Under the pieces are notes generated by a model that worked only from the letters and a program-made list of their open reading frames with translations, was not told where the DNA came from and ran no database searches. A program made the translations under genes and the position numbers. A stretch of 64,000 nt of DNA, from NCBI GenBank assembly GCA_016212085.1, contig JACRHL010000011.1, positions 64,161 through 128,160 on the forward strand, in the 5' to 3' direction. The stretch is from Nitrospirota bacterium (GTDB lineage Bacteria; Nitrospirota; JACRHL01). Of this stretch, positions 17,440 to 27,578 are shown piece by piece; position 1 is the first letter of the stretch, and the number at the start of each line of letters is the position of its first letter.

Positions 17440-17737
17440 CGCTCGATGTTTGTTGGGGGTGGGGGCATTCCGGCCGTCTCGCCAATCATGGCACCTGGCG
17501 GCCGCCTGCGAAAGGGCGGGGTAATACTCCCGTTGCAACCGCGGCGGGTGGCGCCCCGGTGTCGCGAAAACCCGGCCGATGTCATAATGAAAACATCGGG
17601 TTGGCTTCGCATCCGGAGAGGCAAAACGATTCCAGCCAACCCCCTGGAGGGTCGTCCGCCCCGGCCACCCCCGCTTCCAGCGGGCGGTTCGGAATGGACG
17701 GATTCCGCGCGGCGTAACGGTGCCGCTCCGCTCGGGG

Positions 17738-17781
17738 CGCCTTGCACTCGGGGGCGCTCGCGACGGTTAATAGAGGCGCCC
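17738..17781 (+). repeat. degenerate end fragment of MITE family A
   Basis: CGCCTTGCACTCGGGGGCGCTCGCGACGGTTAATAGAGGCGCCC versus CGCCTTGCACTCACGCCGCTCGCGACGCTTATTAGAGGTGCCC at 11992..12034. Confidence 0.75.
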
Positions 17782-17805
17782 AGGACAAGCGATGAGACGT
17801 GGACC

Positions 17806-19215
17806 ATGAAACCCGCCGGAACCCGCACGGAACACGACGCCATGGGGCCGGTCGAGGTGCCGGAGGCGGCATACTGGGGGGCATCCACCCAGCGCGCGCT
17901 GGCCAACTTTCCCATCAGCGGCAAAACGTTCCCGCGGCCGTTCATCGCGGCGCTGGGGCTGATCAAGGCCGCCGCCGCCCAGGCCAACCATGAGCTGGGC
18001 CTGCTGCCGCCGGAGCTGGCCTTGGCGATAGCCAAGGCCGCGTGGGAGGTGGCGGATGGCCGCTGGGACGACCAGTTTCCGGTGGACGTGTTCCAGACCG
18101 GCTCCGGTACCTCCACCCACATGAACGCCAACGAGGTGATCGCCAACCGGGCGGCGGAGTTGCTGGGCGGCCGCCGCGGCGACCGGGTTGTGCACCCCAA
18201 CGACCACGTGAATCTGGGGCAGTCGTCCAACGACGTGATCCCGACCACCGTGCACCTGGCGGCGCTGCTGACCCTGCGCGACCGCTTGCTGCCGGCGTTG
18301 ACGCGGCTGGAGACCGCCCTGAACCAGAAGGCCGATGCGTTCTGGCCGGTGGTGAAGACCGGCCGCACCCATTTACAGGACGCCATTCCGGTGCGCCTGG
18401 GCCAGGAGTTCGGCGGCTACGCGGCCCAGGTCGGGCAGGCCCGCGTCCGGCTGGACCAGGCCCGGCGCGAGCTGTCGGCGGTGGCCCTGGGGGGCACGGC
18501 GGTGGGGACCGGCTTCGGCGCGCACCGGCGCTTTGCGGAACGGGCCCTGTTTCACCTGTCGGAGGCGGCGGGGGTCGCCGTCCACGAAACCGGCAACCAC
18601 TTCGCGGCCCAGGCCTCCCTGGACGGGGTGGTGGCGGCCAGCGGCGCCGTGCGCGGCGCCGCCCTGGCGCTGGTCAAGGTGGCCGGCGACATCGCCCTGC
18701 TCGGTTCCGGGCCAAGGGCCGGATACGGCGAGATCACCCTGCCGGCGGTGCAGCCCGGCAGCTCCATGATGCCCGGCAAGGTCAATCCGGTGATCGCCGA
18801 GGCGCTCATCCAGGCGTGCGCCCAGGTGGTGGGCAACGATGCGGCGATCGCCTTCGCCGCCCAGCGCGGCGCGTTCGAGCTGAACACCATGTGGCCGGTG
18901 GCGGGCTGCAACCTGGTCGGTTCCATGGAGCTGCTGGCCGCCGCCGCCGGGGTGTTCTGCGAGCGCTGCGTGGTGGGGATCACCGCCACCGGGCGTGGCC
19001 CGGCGCTGGTGGCATCGGGCCTGGCCCTGGCCACGGCCCTGGTGCCGGCCATCGGCTACGACCGGGCCGCCGCCATCGCCCGGGAGGCGGCGGAGACGGG
19101 CCGCACCATCCCCGAGGTGGCGCGGGAACGCACGAACCTGTCCGACGCCGAACTGGCCCGGCTGCTGGACCCGGCATCCATGACCGGACCCGGCGACGGG
19201 ACGGAGGACACGTGA
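17806..19215 (+). CDS. fumC: class II fumarate hydratase
   Basis: YWGASTQRA, FQTGSGTSTHMNANEV, HPNDHVNLGQSSND, GRTHLQDA, GSSMMPGKVNP; start at ATG 17806. Confidence 0.93.
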   Translation: MKPAGTRTEHDAMGPVEVPEAAYWGASTQRALANFPISGKTFPRPFIAALGLIKAAAAQANHELGLLPPELALAIAKAAWEVADGRWDDQFPVDVFQTGSGTSTHMNANEVIANRAAELLGGRRGDRVVHPNDHVNLGQSSNDVIPTTVHLAALLTLRDRLLPALTRLETALNQKADAFWPVVKTGRTHLQDAIPVRLGQEFGGYAAQVGQARVRLDQARRELSAVALGGTAVGTGFGAHRRFAERALFHLSEAAGVAVHETGNHFAAQASLDGVVAASGAVRGAALALVKVAGDIALLGSGPRAGYGEITLPAVQPGSSMMPGKVNPVIAEALIQACAQVVGNDAAIAFAAQRGAFELNTMWPVAGCNLVGSMELLAAAAGVFCERCVVGITATGRGPALVASGLALATALVPAIGYDRAAAIAREAAETGRTIPEVARERTNLSDAELARLLDPASMTGPGDGTEDT

Positions 19216-19284
19216 TGGCAAACCCGGGGCAGCGCCCGGTTCCCACCCGCGCCGCCGGCGGAGCGGGCGCGCCGGCGGCGGGGA

Positions 19285-20439
19285 TCAGCGCACGCACACC
19301 TCGTAGATCATGGCGGCGTACAGGCGTGCCGCCTGGGCGGTCTCCTTGAGGGAGACGTGCTCGTGGCGCGAGTGCGCCACCTCCAGGTGGCCGGGGCCGC
19401 AGATGACCGCGACCGATCCCTTCTGGTGGAACAGGCTGCCGTCGGAGTGGGAGCGGAAGGCGGCGGGGGCCCAGACCGACCCGCTGCCCTCGAAGGCGCG
19501 CCGCAGCGGCGCCAGCAGCGGATTGTCCGGGGCATTGGCGTAACCGGGCGCCCAGTAGAGGTTCTCGGTCTCCAGCTCGCAGCGCGGGTGGCTTTCCAGC
19601 GCCTTGGCGCGCGCCTCCTCGATGAGCCGGTCCACCGCCGTCCGGTCGACGCCCGGCAGGGTGTGGATGTCGATGGCCACCTCGCACTCCTCGGCCACCA
19701 TGAACAGCCCCGCGCCGCCCCGGATCTCGCGCGGGTTGATGGTCAGCCCTTCGGCGAAGTAGGTCTGGTCGCCCAGTTCCAGGATGTGCTGCATCCACAC
19801 CAGCATGGCGTGGATGGCGCTGGCGCCCAGCTCGGGCAGCGCCGCGTGGGCGCGGGCGCCGCGCGCGGTGAGGCGGCACTCGTAATAGCCGTAGTGGTCC
19901 ACGCAGGGGGCGAGGCCCGTGGGCTCGCCGATCACGGTAAGGGGGGTGGTGCGCCACTCCAGCAGCGTTTCCGAGCCGTCGCCGTAATCCTCCTCGCCCA
20001 CCACCAGGGCCACGATCAGGCCGCGCTTGAACTCCACCTTGGCCTGCACCAGCGCCACCACCGCCTCGACGATGGCGGCGCAGCCGGACTTCATGTCGGC
20101 GGTGCCGAGCCCGTGCAGCACGTCACCCTCGCGGTGGATGCGCTGCTCCTCCTCGCCGATGAGCGGCACCGTGTCCACGTGGCCCACCCACATCATGGCG
20201 GCGGGCTGCGGCCCCAGCTCGACGATCAGGTTGGCGCGGTGGGCCACCGTGGGGACGCCGCTCTCGGGGATCGGCTGGCGCATGTGGCGCACGCCGCACT
20301 CGCTCAGGCGCTCCGCGAACACCTCCATGGCCGGCTCCTCCGCGTAGGAGGGGCTGTACTGCTCCACGGCGTCGAGCAGGAGCGAGGTGAGCCGCGTGTC
20401 GTCGATGCGGTCGAGTATGGGGCCCAGCGGGTCGCTCAT
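19285..20439 (-). CDS. M20-family metallo-amidohydrolase (ArgE/DapE-like)
   Basis: GHVDTV, GLGTADMKSG, GEE, IGEPT, GARAHA, GPG...AHSRHE. Confidence 0.9.
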   Translation of the reverse strand: MSDPLGPILDRIDDTRLTSLLLDAVEQYSPSYAEEPAMEVFAERLSECGVRHMRQPIPESGVPTVAHRANLIVELGPQPAAMMWVGHVDTVPLIGEEEQRIHREGDVLHGLGTADMKSGCAAIVEAVVALVQAKVEFKRGLIVALVVGEEDYGDGSETLLEWRTTPLTVIGEPTGLAPCVDHYGYYECRLTARGARAHAALPELGASAIHAMLVWMQHILELGDQTYFAEGLTINPREIRGGAGLFMVAEECEVAIDIHTLPGVDRTAVDRLIEEARAKALESHPRCELETENLYWAPGYANAPDNPLLAPLRRAFEGSGSVWAPAAFRSHSDGSLFHQKGSVAVICGPGHLEVAHSRHEHVSLKETAQAARLYAAMIYEVCVR

Positions 20440-21014
20440 GGCGTCTTGTCCTCGGCGGGGGGCGTCTTGCCCGTGCGGCGGGAACCCCGCGGCTCCTGTT
20501 TCTGGCGGCGCAGGCGCCGGTAGCTGGGGTGGGTGGTCAGGTTCTTGCTCAGGTAGACGTGGCGGTCCTCGTTGGAGAACTCGTGCTGGCGGAAGAAGGT
20601 GAGCGCCGGTTTGTTGCCCGCGTCCGTGTCGACGATCATCATGCGCGCGCCGGCGCGGATGAAGGCGTCGGTGATGGCCTCCAGCAGTTGGGTGGCGATG
20701 CCGCTCCGCTTCATCTCCGGGTTCACGGCGAGCCAGGTCAGGTAGCCGTAGCTCCAGGCGCTGTTGCGCTTTTCGATGAGGGAGCCGAGGGCGAAGCCCA
20801 CCACCTTGTCCTCGTATATGGCGACGAAGCAGAACTCACCGTCGGAGTGGAACAGCCCCACCGGCTCGTATTCGTCCCAGGTCCGGTAGAGGCTGGGCCA
20901 CAGGTCGGCGGTGAAGACGGCCTCGCCCAGGGCGTAGACCGCGGGCAGGTCTTCCAGCTCCATCTCGCGGACGGCAACCACCTTCTGCAATGGGGATCGG
21001 ATCGGTTTCGAGAT
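20436..21014 (-). CDS. GNAT-family N-acetyltransferase (start uncertain: ATC 21014, a downstream TTG/GTG, or ATG 20963)
   Basis: GYLTWLAVNPEMKRSGIATQLL (motif A), VDTDAGNKPALTFF; ATGA overlap with the M20 gene. Confidence 0.85.
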   Translation of the reverse strand: MSKPIRSPLQKVVAVREMELEDLPAVYALGEAVFTADLWPSLYRTWDEYEPVGLFHSDGEFCFVAIYEDKVVGFALGSLIEKRNSAWSYGYLTWLAVNPEMKRSGIATQLLEAITDAFIRAGARMMIVDTDAGNKPALTFFRQHEFSNEDRHVYLSKNLTTHPSYRRLRRQKQEPRGSRRTGKTPPAEDKTP

Positions 21015-21257
21015 AGTACCTCCAGGGGTGATCGACGCCGCGAAATTATACCCGATTCCACGACGCAACCAGTACCCCGCCGTGCGGAACCCGGGACACG
21101 CGGGCCGCCGGCGGCGGAACGGCGCCGGAGCGGCATGCCGTCGGGTGGTGGCGGGCGCCGGGAATGGCGGGGGACCCCGGCGGTTCCTTGACTTTTTCCG
21201 CCGGTTATCCGATAAGAGGCGGTCAGGGGTCAGACAATCGCAGCAGGGAACCCTCCT

Positions 21258-22796
21258 ATGCCTTTCTTGCGCCCGTCCGCCGCCCTGTCCCTCATCGCAG
21301 CTTGCCTGCTGCTGTTCATTGGCGGCACCTCCCACGCCCACACATTGCACGTCACCGACGACGCGTCGTCGGATCGGTCGGCGCATTCAAGACTGTCCGG
21401 CGACGGTGGCGACATGGTGTTGCGCGCCGCCGCCGTGCCTGATCGCGACGGGGAGGACCGCGACCGCCGTGGCCGGGACCATGGGGACGATGACGACCAC
21501 GACACCGCTGGCGCCGCGTTGGCGCTGGCCCGCTTTGACCTGTCGACGCTGGCCGCCGGCGCCGATATCGAGAAGGCCACGCTGCGCCTGTGGGTAACCC
21601 GGGTTGCCCACCCCGGCACCGTGCACGTGCGGCTGATGCTGGACGGGTGGTCGGAACGCGACCGCTACCTGCGGGCGGAAATGGACCCGGTGCCGGTGCG
21701 GTCGTTCGCCGTTTACGCGGATGACGGCGGGCGCACCCTGACCGTCGATATCACCGACGCCGTGCGTCTCTGGCGCGCGGGCGTCCTTCCCAACCACGGC
21801 CTGGCGCTGACCACGGATGATGCCAGCCTGTGGCTGGCCAGCAAGGAAAACACCGCCACCTCCCACGCCGCCGAGGTGGAGGTGGCGCTGGCGCCAACGC
21901 GGGCACTGGCGGATTCCGGCGGCTCACCCGGCTCCACCGGGCCGCAAGGCCCCACCGGTCCGCAAGGCCCGGCGGGCGTGCCGGGTGACCCCGGCCCCGC
22001 CGGCCCGCAAGGCCCCACCGGTCCGCAAGGCCTGGCGGGCGCGCCGGGTGACCCCGGTCCCGCCGGCCCGCAAGGCCTCACCGGTCCGCAAGGCCTGGCG
22101 GGCGCGCCGGGTGACCCCGGCACCGCCGGTCCGCAAGGTCCCGCCGGTCCGCAAGGCTTGGCGGGCGTGCAGGGCGACCCCGGCCCCGCCGGCCCGCAAG
22201 GCCCCGCCGGTCCGCAAGGCCTCACCGGTCCGCAAGGCCCGGCGGGCGCGCCGGGGGCGACAGGCCCGGTTGGGCCACAGGGGCTCACGGGGCCGCAGGG
22301 CCCTCCCGGCCCCGGCGGGTTGTCCGGCGTGGTGATCGGCCCGCACCTGGTCAGCGTCACGACGCCGGACGCGGTCACCCTGGACGTTGCCGGGATGCCG
22401 GGCGTGGCGTTCGGGGCCGCCTACCTGGCGAGCCCGTACATCCTCACCACCACGTGGCGCGACCCGCTCACCCTGGCCATGGACGTGCCGGCGGACGGGG
22501 TGATTCTGATCCAGTACACCCTGACCTGCGAGCTGGTGTCGGCGGGCGCGCCGGCCGCGCTGGCGAGCGGGTTTGTCAGCAACCTGCCGGTGCAGCTCAT
22601 CCCATCGGCGGACCCGGGCACGTTCCATTGCACCACCGGACCGTCGCCGCAGACGGACGTCATGCGCCAGAAGCTGTTCCCGGTGCAGAAGGGGGTGAAC
22701 AACTTCTACCTGCGCGCCGCCATGCAGACACCCACCGGCCTGGGCATGTTGCGCAACATCACCATGTCGGGCATGTATTTCCCGGCCACCTACTGA
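21258..22796 (+). CDS. secreted DNRLRE-like domain + collagen-like triple-helix repeat protein
   Basis: Signal peptide (..SHA|HT); ARFDLSTL...[10 protein letters not shown]...[10 protein letters not shown]...NHGLAL...ASKEN; ~44 consecutive G-X-Y triplets; C-terminal globular domain. Confidence 0.85.
   Translation: MPFLRPSAALSLIAACLLLFIGGTSHAHTLHVTDDASSDRSAHSRLSGDGGDMVLRAAAVPDRDGEDRDRRGRDHGDDDDHDTAGAALALARFDLSTLAAGADIEKATLRLWVTRVAHPGTVHVRLMLDGWSERDRYLRAEMDPVPVRSFAVYADDGGRTLTVDITDAVRLWRAGVLPNHGLALTTDDASLWLASKENTATSHAAEVEVALAPTRALADSGGSPGSTGPQGPTGPQGPAGVPGDPGPAGPQGPTGPQGLAGAPGDPGPAGPQGLTGPQGLAGAPGDPGTAGPQGPAGPQGLAGVQGDPGPAGPQGPAGPQGLTGPQGPAGAPGATGPVGPQGLTGPQGPPGPGGLSGVVIGPHLVSVTTPDAVTLDVAGMPGVAFGAAYLASPYILTTTWRDPLTLAMDVPADGVILIQYTLTCELVSAGAPAALASGFVSNLPVQLIPSADPGTFHCTTGPSPQTDVMRQKLFPVQKGVNNFYLRAAMQTPTGLGMLRNITMSGMYFPATY
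21921..22316 (+). repeat. collagen-coding tandem repeat (63-bp / 21-aa units)
   Basis: Units start at 21939, 22002, 22065, 22128 (partial at 22191) and encode variants of [21 protein letters not shown]. Confidence 0.9.
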
Positions 22797-22817
22797 CCGG
22801 GCCGGGCTACCCCGCAA

Positions 22818-22849
22818 GGGGCCGGGTGGCAACGCCCGGCCCTTTTTTT
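22818..22849 (+). terminator. Rho-independent terminator
   Basis: GGGCCGGGTG-GCAA-CGCCCGGCCC-TTTTTTT just after the collagen-like gene. Confidence 0.85.
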
Positions 22850-22957
22850 GGTGCCCCCGGACGGCGACCCTGGGCGGCCGCGCCCGACCTGATCGCGCCG
22901 GAGCGGGGCGGCCGACCGTTTGGGTCCACGCCCCCAAAGCCGTTACAATCGGCCCCC

Positions 22958-24109
22958 ATGCTCACCGTCCTCCACCGTGTCCCCGTTTGGCTGCCGCAGA
23001 CCGAGACCTGGAACCACACCCAGATCTCGAACCTGCCGCCGGAGCGCGTTTCCTGCCACGTGGTGTGTGACACCACCGCCAACCTCGACCAGTTCCCCAT
23101 CGCCAACCTGCACTGCCTGACGGACGACTCCGCCGCCGCCCGCCTGCTGCGCCGGGTCGCCCGCAAGACGCCGCTCTACCCCTGGCTGCGCAACCGCTAT
23201 GGCGCGGCGGTGGCGCGGGCGGCGGGGGCGCGGGTGCTGCATTCCCACTTCGGCTTCTACGGCTGGCAGGACCTGCCCCTGGCCCGGGCGGCGGGCCTGG
23301 GGCACGTGGTCACCTTCTACGGGGTGGACGTGAACAAGTTCCCGCGCCAGTACCCCGTGTGGCGCCGGCGCTACCGGGAGCTGTTCGCCCGCGTGGACCG
23401 GGTGCTGTGCGAGGGGCGCCACATGGCGGACGCCCTGGTGGCCCTGGGCTGCCCGGCAGGCAAGGCGCGCGTGCAGCACCTGGGGGTGCGGCTGGACCGG
23501 GTTCCCTATGCGCCGCTGGCGTGGCGGCCCGGCGAGCCGCTCAAGGTGCTGATCGCCGCCTCGTTCACGGAAAAGAAGGGCATCCCCCACGCCATCCGCG
23601 CCCTGGGCCGCATCCGCAACGACGTGCCGCTGGCGGTCACCCTCATCGGCGACGCCGCCGACAACCCGGACAGCCGCGCCGAAAAGCGGATCATCCTGCG
23701 CGCCATCGCCGAGGCGGGGATCGCGCCGCGCCTGCTCGGCTTCCAGCCGCACCGGGTGATGCTGGAGGAGGGGCGCCGCCACCACGTCTTCCTGTCCCCC
23801 AGCATCGAGGCGAAAAGCGGCGACACGGAGGGGGGCGCGCCCGTGTCCCTCATCGAGATGGCCGCCACCGGCATGATGATCGTGAGCACCCGCCACTGCG
23901 ACATACCGGACGTGGTGCGGGACGGGGAGACCGGCCTCCTGGCGGACGAGGGCGACGTGGACGGGCTGACGGCCCACCTGCGCGCCCTGATCGCCCACCC
24001 GGAGCGGTGGGAGGCCATGCGCCGCGCCGGCCGCGCCCACATGGAGGCGGACTACGACGCCGCCGTGCAGGGGGAGCGCCTTGCCGCCATCTATGCGGAG
24101 CTGGCGTAG
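22958..24109 (+). CDS. GT4-family glycosyltransferase (WcaL-like)
   Basis: LPQTETW, LHSHFG, VTFYGVD, FTEKKG, GDTEGGAPVSLIEM (E-x7/8-E). Confidence 0.9.
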   Translation: MLTVLHRVPVWLPQTETWNHTQISNLPPERVSCHVVCDTTANLDQFPIANLHCLTDDSAAARLLRRVARKTPLYPWLRNRYGAAVARAAGARVLHSHFGFYGWQDLPLARAAGLGHVVTFYGVDVNKFPRQYPVWRRRYRELFARVDRVLCEGRHMADALVALGCPAGKARVQHLGVRLDRVPYAPLAWRPGEPLKVLIAASFTEKKGIPHAIRALGRIRNDVPLAVTLIGDAADNPDSRAEKRIILRAIAEAGIAPRLLGFQPHRVMLEEGRRHHVFLSPSIEAKSGDTEGGAPVSLIEMAATGMMIVSTRHCDIPDVVRDGETGLLADEGDVDGLTAHLRALIAHPERWEAMRRAGRAHMEADYDAAVQGERLAAIYAELA

Positions 24110-24110
24110 G

Positions 24111-24959
24111 GTGCGGCTCGTGTCCGTCGTCATCCCCGTGTTCAACAACCGGGCGACCCTGGGGCCGGTGCTGGCCGCCCTGAACGCCCAGGACTATCCG
24201 CGCCTCGAGGTGATCGTGGCGGACAACAACTCCACCGACGGCTCGCCGGACGTGGCCATCGCCCACGGCGCCACGGTGGTGTTCGAGCGCGAGACCCAGG
24301 GCAGCTACGCCGCCCGCAACAAGGGCATCGCCGCCGCCAAGGGGGATATCCTGGCGTTCCTGGATGGCGACTGCCGGCCGCGCCCGGACTGGCTGTCCAA
24401 CGCCGTGGCCGCCATGCGGCGCGCCGGGGCCGACCTGGCGGGCGGACGCATCGACATCGAGGCCGGGGCGGGGGGCTCCGGGCTGCTGGCCGCCTACGAG
24501 CGGCTGAGCTACGTGCGCCAGGAGGAGACCATCCGCGACCACGGCACCTCCGCCGGCGGCAACCTGCTCATCGCCAGGCGGGTGATCGACGCCATCGGGC
24601 CGTTCCGGGCGGAACTGCGCTCCGGGGGCGACGGCGAGATCTGCGTGCGCGCGCGCCGCGCCGGTTTCGCCATCGTCTACGCGGGGGACGCGGTGGTGAG
24701 CCACACCGCGGTGAACAGCGTGCGCACCCTGCTCAAGCGCTACCACCGCCTGGGCAAGGGCGAGGCGGAGCTGGCCGCCTTCGGCGTGGCGCCCATCCGC
24801 GCCGGCGGCAGCTCGTATCTGAGCCGCAAGCGCGCCTACCTGCGGCGGGTGTGGGCGGAGCGGGCCCTGTCGCCGCCTGGCCGCCTGGCCATCGTCGCCC
24901 TCAACCTGGCCGCCAGCGTGGCCCAGTGGCTGGGGCGGCGCGCCGGACGCCATGCCTGA
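24111..24959 (+). CDS. GT2-family glycosyltransferase
   Basis: [34 protein letters not shown]; GTG start at 24111. Confidence 0.9.
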   Translation: MRLVSVVIPVFNNRATLGPVLAALNAQDYPRLEVIVADNNSTDGSPDVAIAHGATVVFERETQGSYAARNKGIAAAKGDILAFLDGDCRPRPDWLSNAVAAMRRAGADLAGGRIDIEAGAGGSGLLAAYERLSYVRQEETIRDHGTSAGGNLLIARRVIDAIGPFRAELRSGGDGEICVRARRAGFAIVYAGDAVVSHTAVNSVRTLLKRYHRLGKGEAELAAFGVAPIRAGGSSYLSRKRAYLRRVWAERALSPPGRLAIVALNLAASVAQWLGRRAGRHA

Positions 24960-25767
24960 ACTGCCCGAGGTGGAGACCACCCGGCGCGGCCTTTGCCCGC
25001 TGCTGGTGGGGCGCCTGGTGACCGGCGTGACCGTGCGCGAGCCGCGCCTGCGCTGGCCGGTGCCGGACGACCTGGGCACGGTGCTGACCGGCCAGGCGCT
25101 ACGGGGCATCGGGCGGCGCGCCAAGTACCTGCTGTTCCAGATGGACGCGGGCACCCTCATCGCCCACCTGGGCATGTCGGGCAGCCTGTGCGTGGTGGAC
25201 GCGGGCACCCCGCCGGGGCCCCATGACCACGTGGACATCGCCATCGAGGGCGGCACCCTGCTGCGCCTCAGGGACCCGCGCCGCTTCGGCTCCCTGCACT
25301 GGACGGCGGACGACCCGGCCGGACACCCACTGCTCAGGGAGCTGGGGCCGGAGCCCCTGGGTGATGCCTTCGACGGCCGCTACCTGTTCCGCCGTTCGCG
25401 GGGGCGGCGGGTGGCGGTGAAGGCGTTCCTGATGGATAGCCACATCGTGGTGGGGGTGGGCAACATCTACGCCGCCGAGGCCCTGTTCGCCGCGGGCATC
25501 CACCCGGCCCGCGCCGCCGGGCGGGTGGGCCGGGAGCGCTACGAGCGGCTGGCGCAGGCGGTGCGGAGCGTGCTCGCCGCCGCCATCCAGGCGGGGGGCA
25601 CCACCCTGCGCGACTTCAAGGGGGGCGACGGCCGCCCCGGCTACTTTCAGCAGACCCTGTCCGTGTATGGCCGCGCCGGGAAGCCGTGCCCGCGTTGCGG
25701 CACGGCCATCGAACTCACCCGCCAGGGGCAGCGCGCCACCTGCCACTGCCCCGCCTGCCAGCGCTAA
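24952..25767 (+). CDS. mutM: formamidopyrimidine-DNA glycosylase/AP lyase
   Basis: [35 protein letters not shown], zinc finger CPRC...CPACQ. Confidence 0.98.
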   Translation: MPELPEVETTRRGLCPLLVGRLVTGVTVREPRLRWPVPDDLGTVLTGQALRGIGRRAKYLLFQMDAGTLIAHLGMSGSLCVVDAGTPPGPHDHVDIAIEGGTLLRLRDPRRFGSLHWTADDPAGHPLLRELGPEPLGDAFDGRYLFRRSRGRRVAVKAFLMDSHIVVGVGNIYAAEALFAAGIHPARAAGRVGRERYERLAQAVRSVLAAAIQAGGTTLRDFKGGDGRPGYFQQTLSVYGRAGKPCPRCGTAIELTRQGQRATCHCPACQR

Positions 25768-27578
25768 CGCCCCGTGGCGAGGCGGGCGTAGGCAGCTTCC
25801 AGGAACGGGGTCACGGCGCCGTTCTCGCGGGCCCGGTCCATCAGGGCGTGCGCCTGTGGTGAGCGGCCCAGGGCAACGTAAAGGCTCATCAGGTTGACGT
25901 AGGTCTGGGGGGCGCGCGGGTCGTACTCCAGGGCGGTTTCCATCTCTGCCGTGGCGCCCGCCAGGTTGCCGCCCCTGGCCATCAGGATCGCCAGGTTGAC
26001 CCGCGCGTCCACGAACGACGGCACCAGCTCCAGCGCCCGCCGGTAGGCGCGCATGGCGGTACCGGGGTTGCCCTCCCGCTCCAGCAGGATGCCCATGTTG
26101 AAGTGGCTGTGGGCGTAGGGCTCGTACAGTTGCAGGGCGCGGATGAGGGTGGCCTTCGCCTCCGCGTGGCGCCCCATCTGGGTGAGGGCGCCGCCCAGGT
26201 CCGCATACACCGCCGCCTCCCCGTCGTAGATGGCCAGGGCGGCCCGGTATTCGGCCACGGCGGCCGGATAGTTTCCGCTCGCGTGCAGGGCGGTGCCCAG
26301 ATTGGCGTGGGCGCGGAAGTTGCCCGGCGCCTTGGCCACCGCGTCGGACCACAGGGCGAGGCCGCTGCCCCACACCGGGCCCCGTGCCACGGTGCCCGCC
26401 CCCAGCAGCGCCACCAGCGGCAGCGTCAGCCAGGCCCAGCGGCGGCGCCAGCCGAACCGGCGCGCCGCCGCCTGCGCCAGCGCCGCCAGCGCCAACAGCA
26501 CGCCGGCCACGGCCGCGTAGCCCCGGCTTTCCTGCAACGGGGTGTTCATGGGCAGGATGGTGGTGGGCAGCAGCACCAGCACGAACAGGCCCAGCCCCAT
26601 GCCGAACAGGGGCACCCGGTGCCGCAGCACCCACGCCAGCACGGCAAGTGCCACCAGGCACAGGGCCGCCCCGATGGACGCCGCCGAAGCGCCGGACGGC
26701 CCGCCAAAGTCGTGCACGATGGACAGCCCCGTGGGCAGCACCGACAGGCGCAGGTATTCCACCAGCACCCGCGCCTGCAACCACAGGTTCTCGCCAATCC
26801 CGCGCGGCCCGGCGCCGCCGGCCAGCACCTTCTGGAAGTAGCGGTGGAAGCCCATGGCGAACAGGAACATCAATCCCGCCGCCATCAGCCCCAGGTCCAG
26901 CCCGAAGCCCCGCACCCCCCAGCGCCGCGGCCGGGGGGGCGGGTAGAGCAGGTCGTACAGCAGGCACATGAGCGGCACGGTGACCGCCACCTCCTTGCTC
27001 AGCACCGCCGCCACCGTGAGCAGGGCGCACAGGGCCAGCCACAGCGGCCAGGCGCCTTCGGCGCGGCGCGAGCGGGCGAAGGCGTACACGGCGGCCAGGC
27101 TCAGCACGCCGCTCTGCAACGACGAGCGGGCGGTGATGTAGTTTACCGCCTCCGATTGCAGCGGATGGGCCAGGAACACCAGGGCGGCCCCCGCCGCCCA
27201 CGGCCACGCCAGCCCCAGCAGGTTCCCCAGGGCGGCCACCAGCAGCGCCCCCGCCCCGTGCAGCAGCAGGTTGTGGACGTGGAAGCCCGCCGTGCCCTCG
27301 CCGGTGACCGCGAAATCGAGGGCATAGCTGGTGAGCAGCAGCGGCCGGTAATGGACCGCCTGCGGCTCGGACGGGGCGAAGTAGGCCTTGCCCTCCGGGT
27401 AGGCGAAGAATCGGGGGATGTTGGCCGGATCGCGCAGGGTGTGGTTCTCGGCGATGCCGTGCCGGTCGTCGAAGTGGAACGGGTTGTTCAGGGCGCCGCC
27501 GTACAGGGCCAGCGCCAGCCCCAGCAGGAGGGCGGTCAGCGCCAGCCAGCGGCGCGCCGGGGTGGAGATGGCCGTCAT
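25764..27578 (-). CDS. TMTC-like GT-C multi-pass membrane protein with C-terminal TPRs
   Basis: NPFHFDD after TM1, [40 protein letters not shown], then TPR repeats; ATG 27578. Confidence 0.85.
   Translation of the reverse strand: MTAISTPARRWLALTALLLGLALALYGGALNNPFHFDDRHGIAENHTLRDPANIPRFFAYPEGKAYFAPSEPQAVHYRPLLLTSYALDFAVTGEGTAGFHVHNLLLHGAGALLVAALGNLLGLAWPWAAGAALVFLAHPLQSEAVNYITARSSLQSGVLSLAAVYAFARSRRAEGAWPLWLALCALLTVAAVLSKEVAVTVPLMCLLYDLLYPPPRPRRWGVRGFGLDLGLMAAGLMFLFAMGFHRYFQKVLAGGAGPRGIGENLWLQARVLVEYLRLSVLPTGLSIVHDFGGPSGASAASIGAALCLVALAVLAWVLRHRVPLFGMGLGLFVLVLLPTTILPMNTPLQESRGYAAVAGVLLALAALAQAAARRFGWRRRWAWLTLPLVALLGAGTVARGPVWGSGLALWSDAVAKAPGNFRAHANLGTALHASGNYPAAVAEYRAALAIYDGEAAVYADLGGALTQMGRHAEAKATLIRALQLYEPYAHSHFNMGILLEREGNPGTAMRAYRRALELVPSFVDARVNLAILMARGGNLAGATAEMETALEYDPRAPQTYVNLMSLYVALGRSPQAHALMDRARENGAVTPFLEAAYARLATGR

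Noticed and set aside
21939-22253. Regularly spaced repeats as a CRISPR array
   Set aside because: In-frame collagen G-X-Y coding repeats with no unique spacers; no cas genes.
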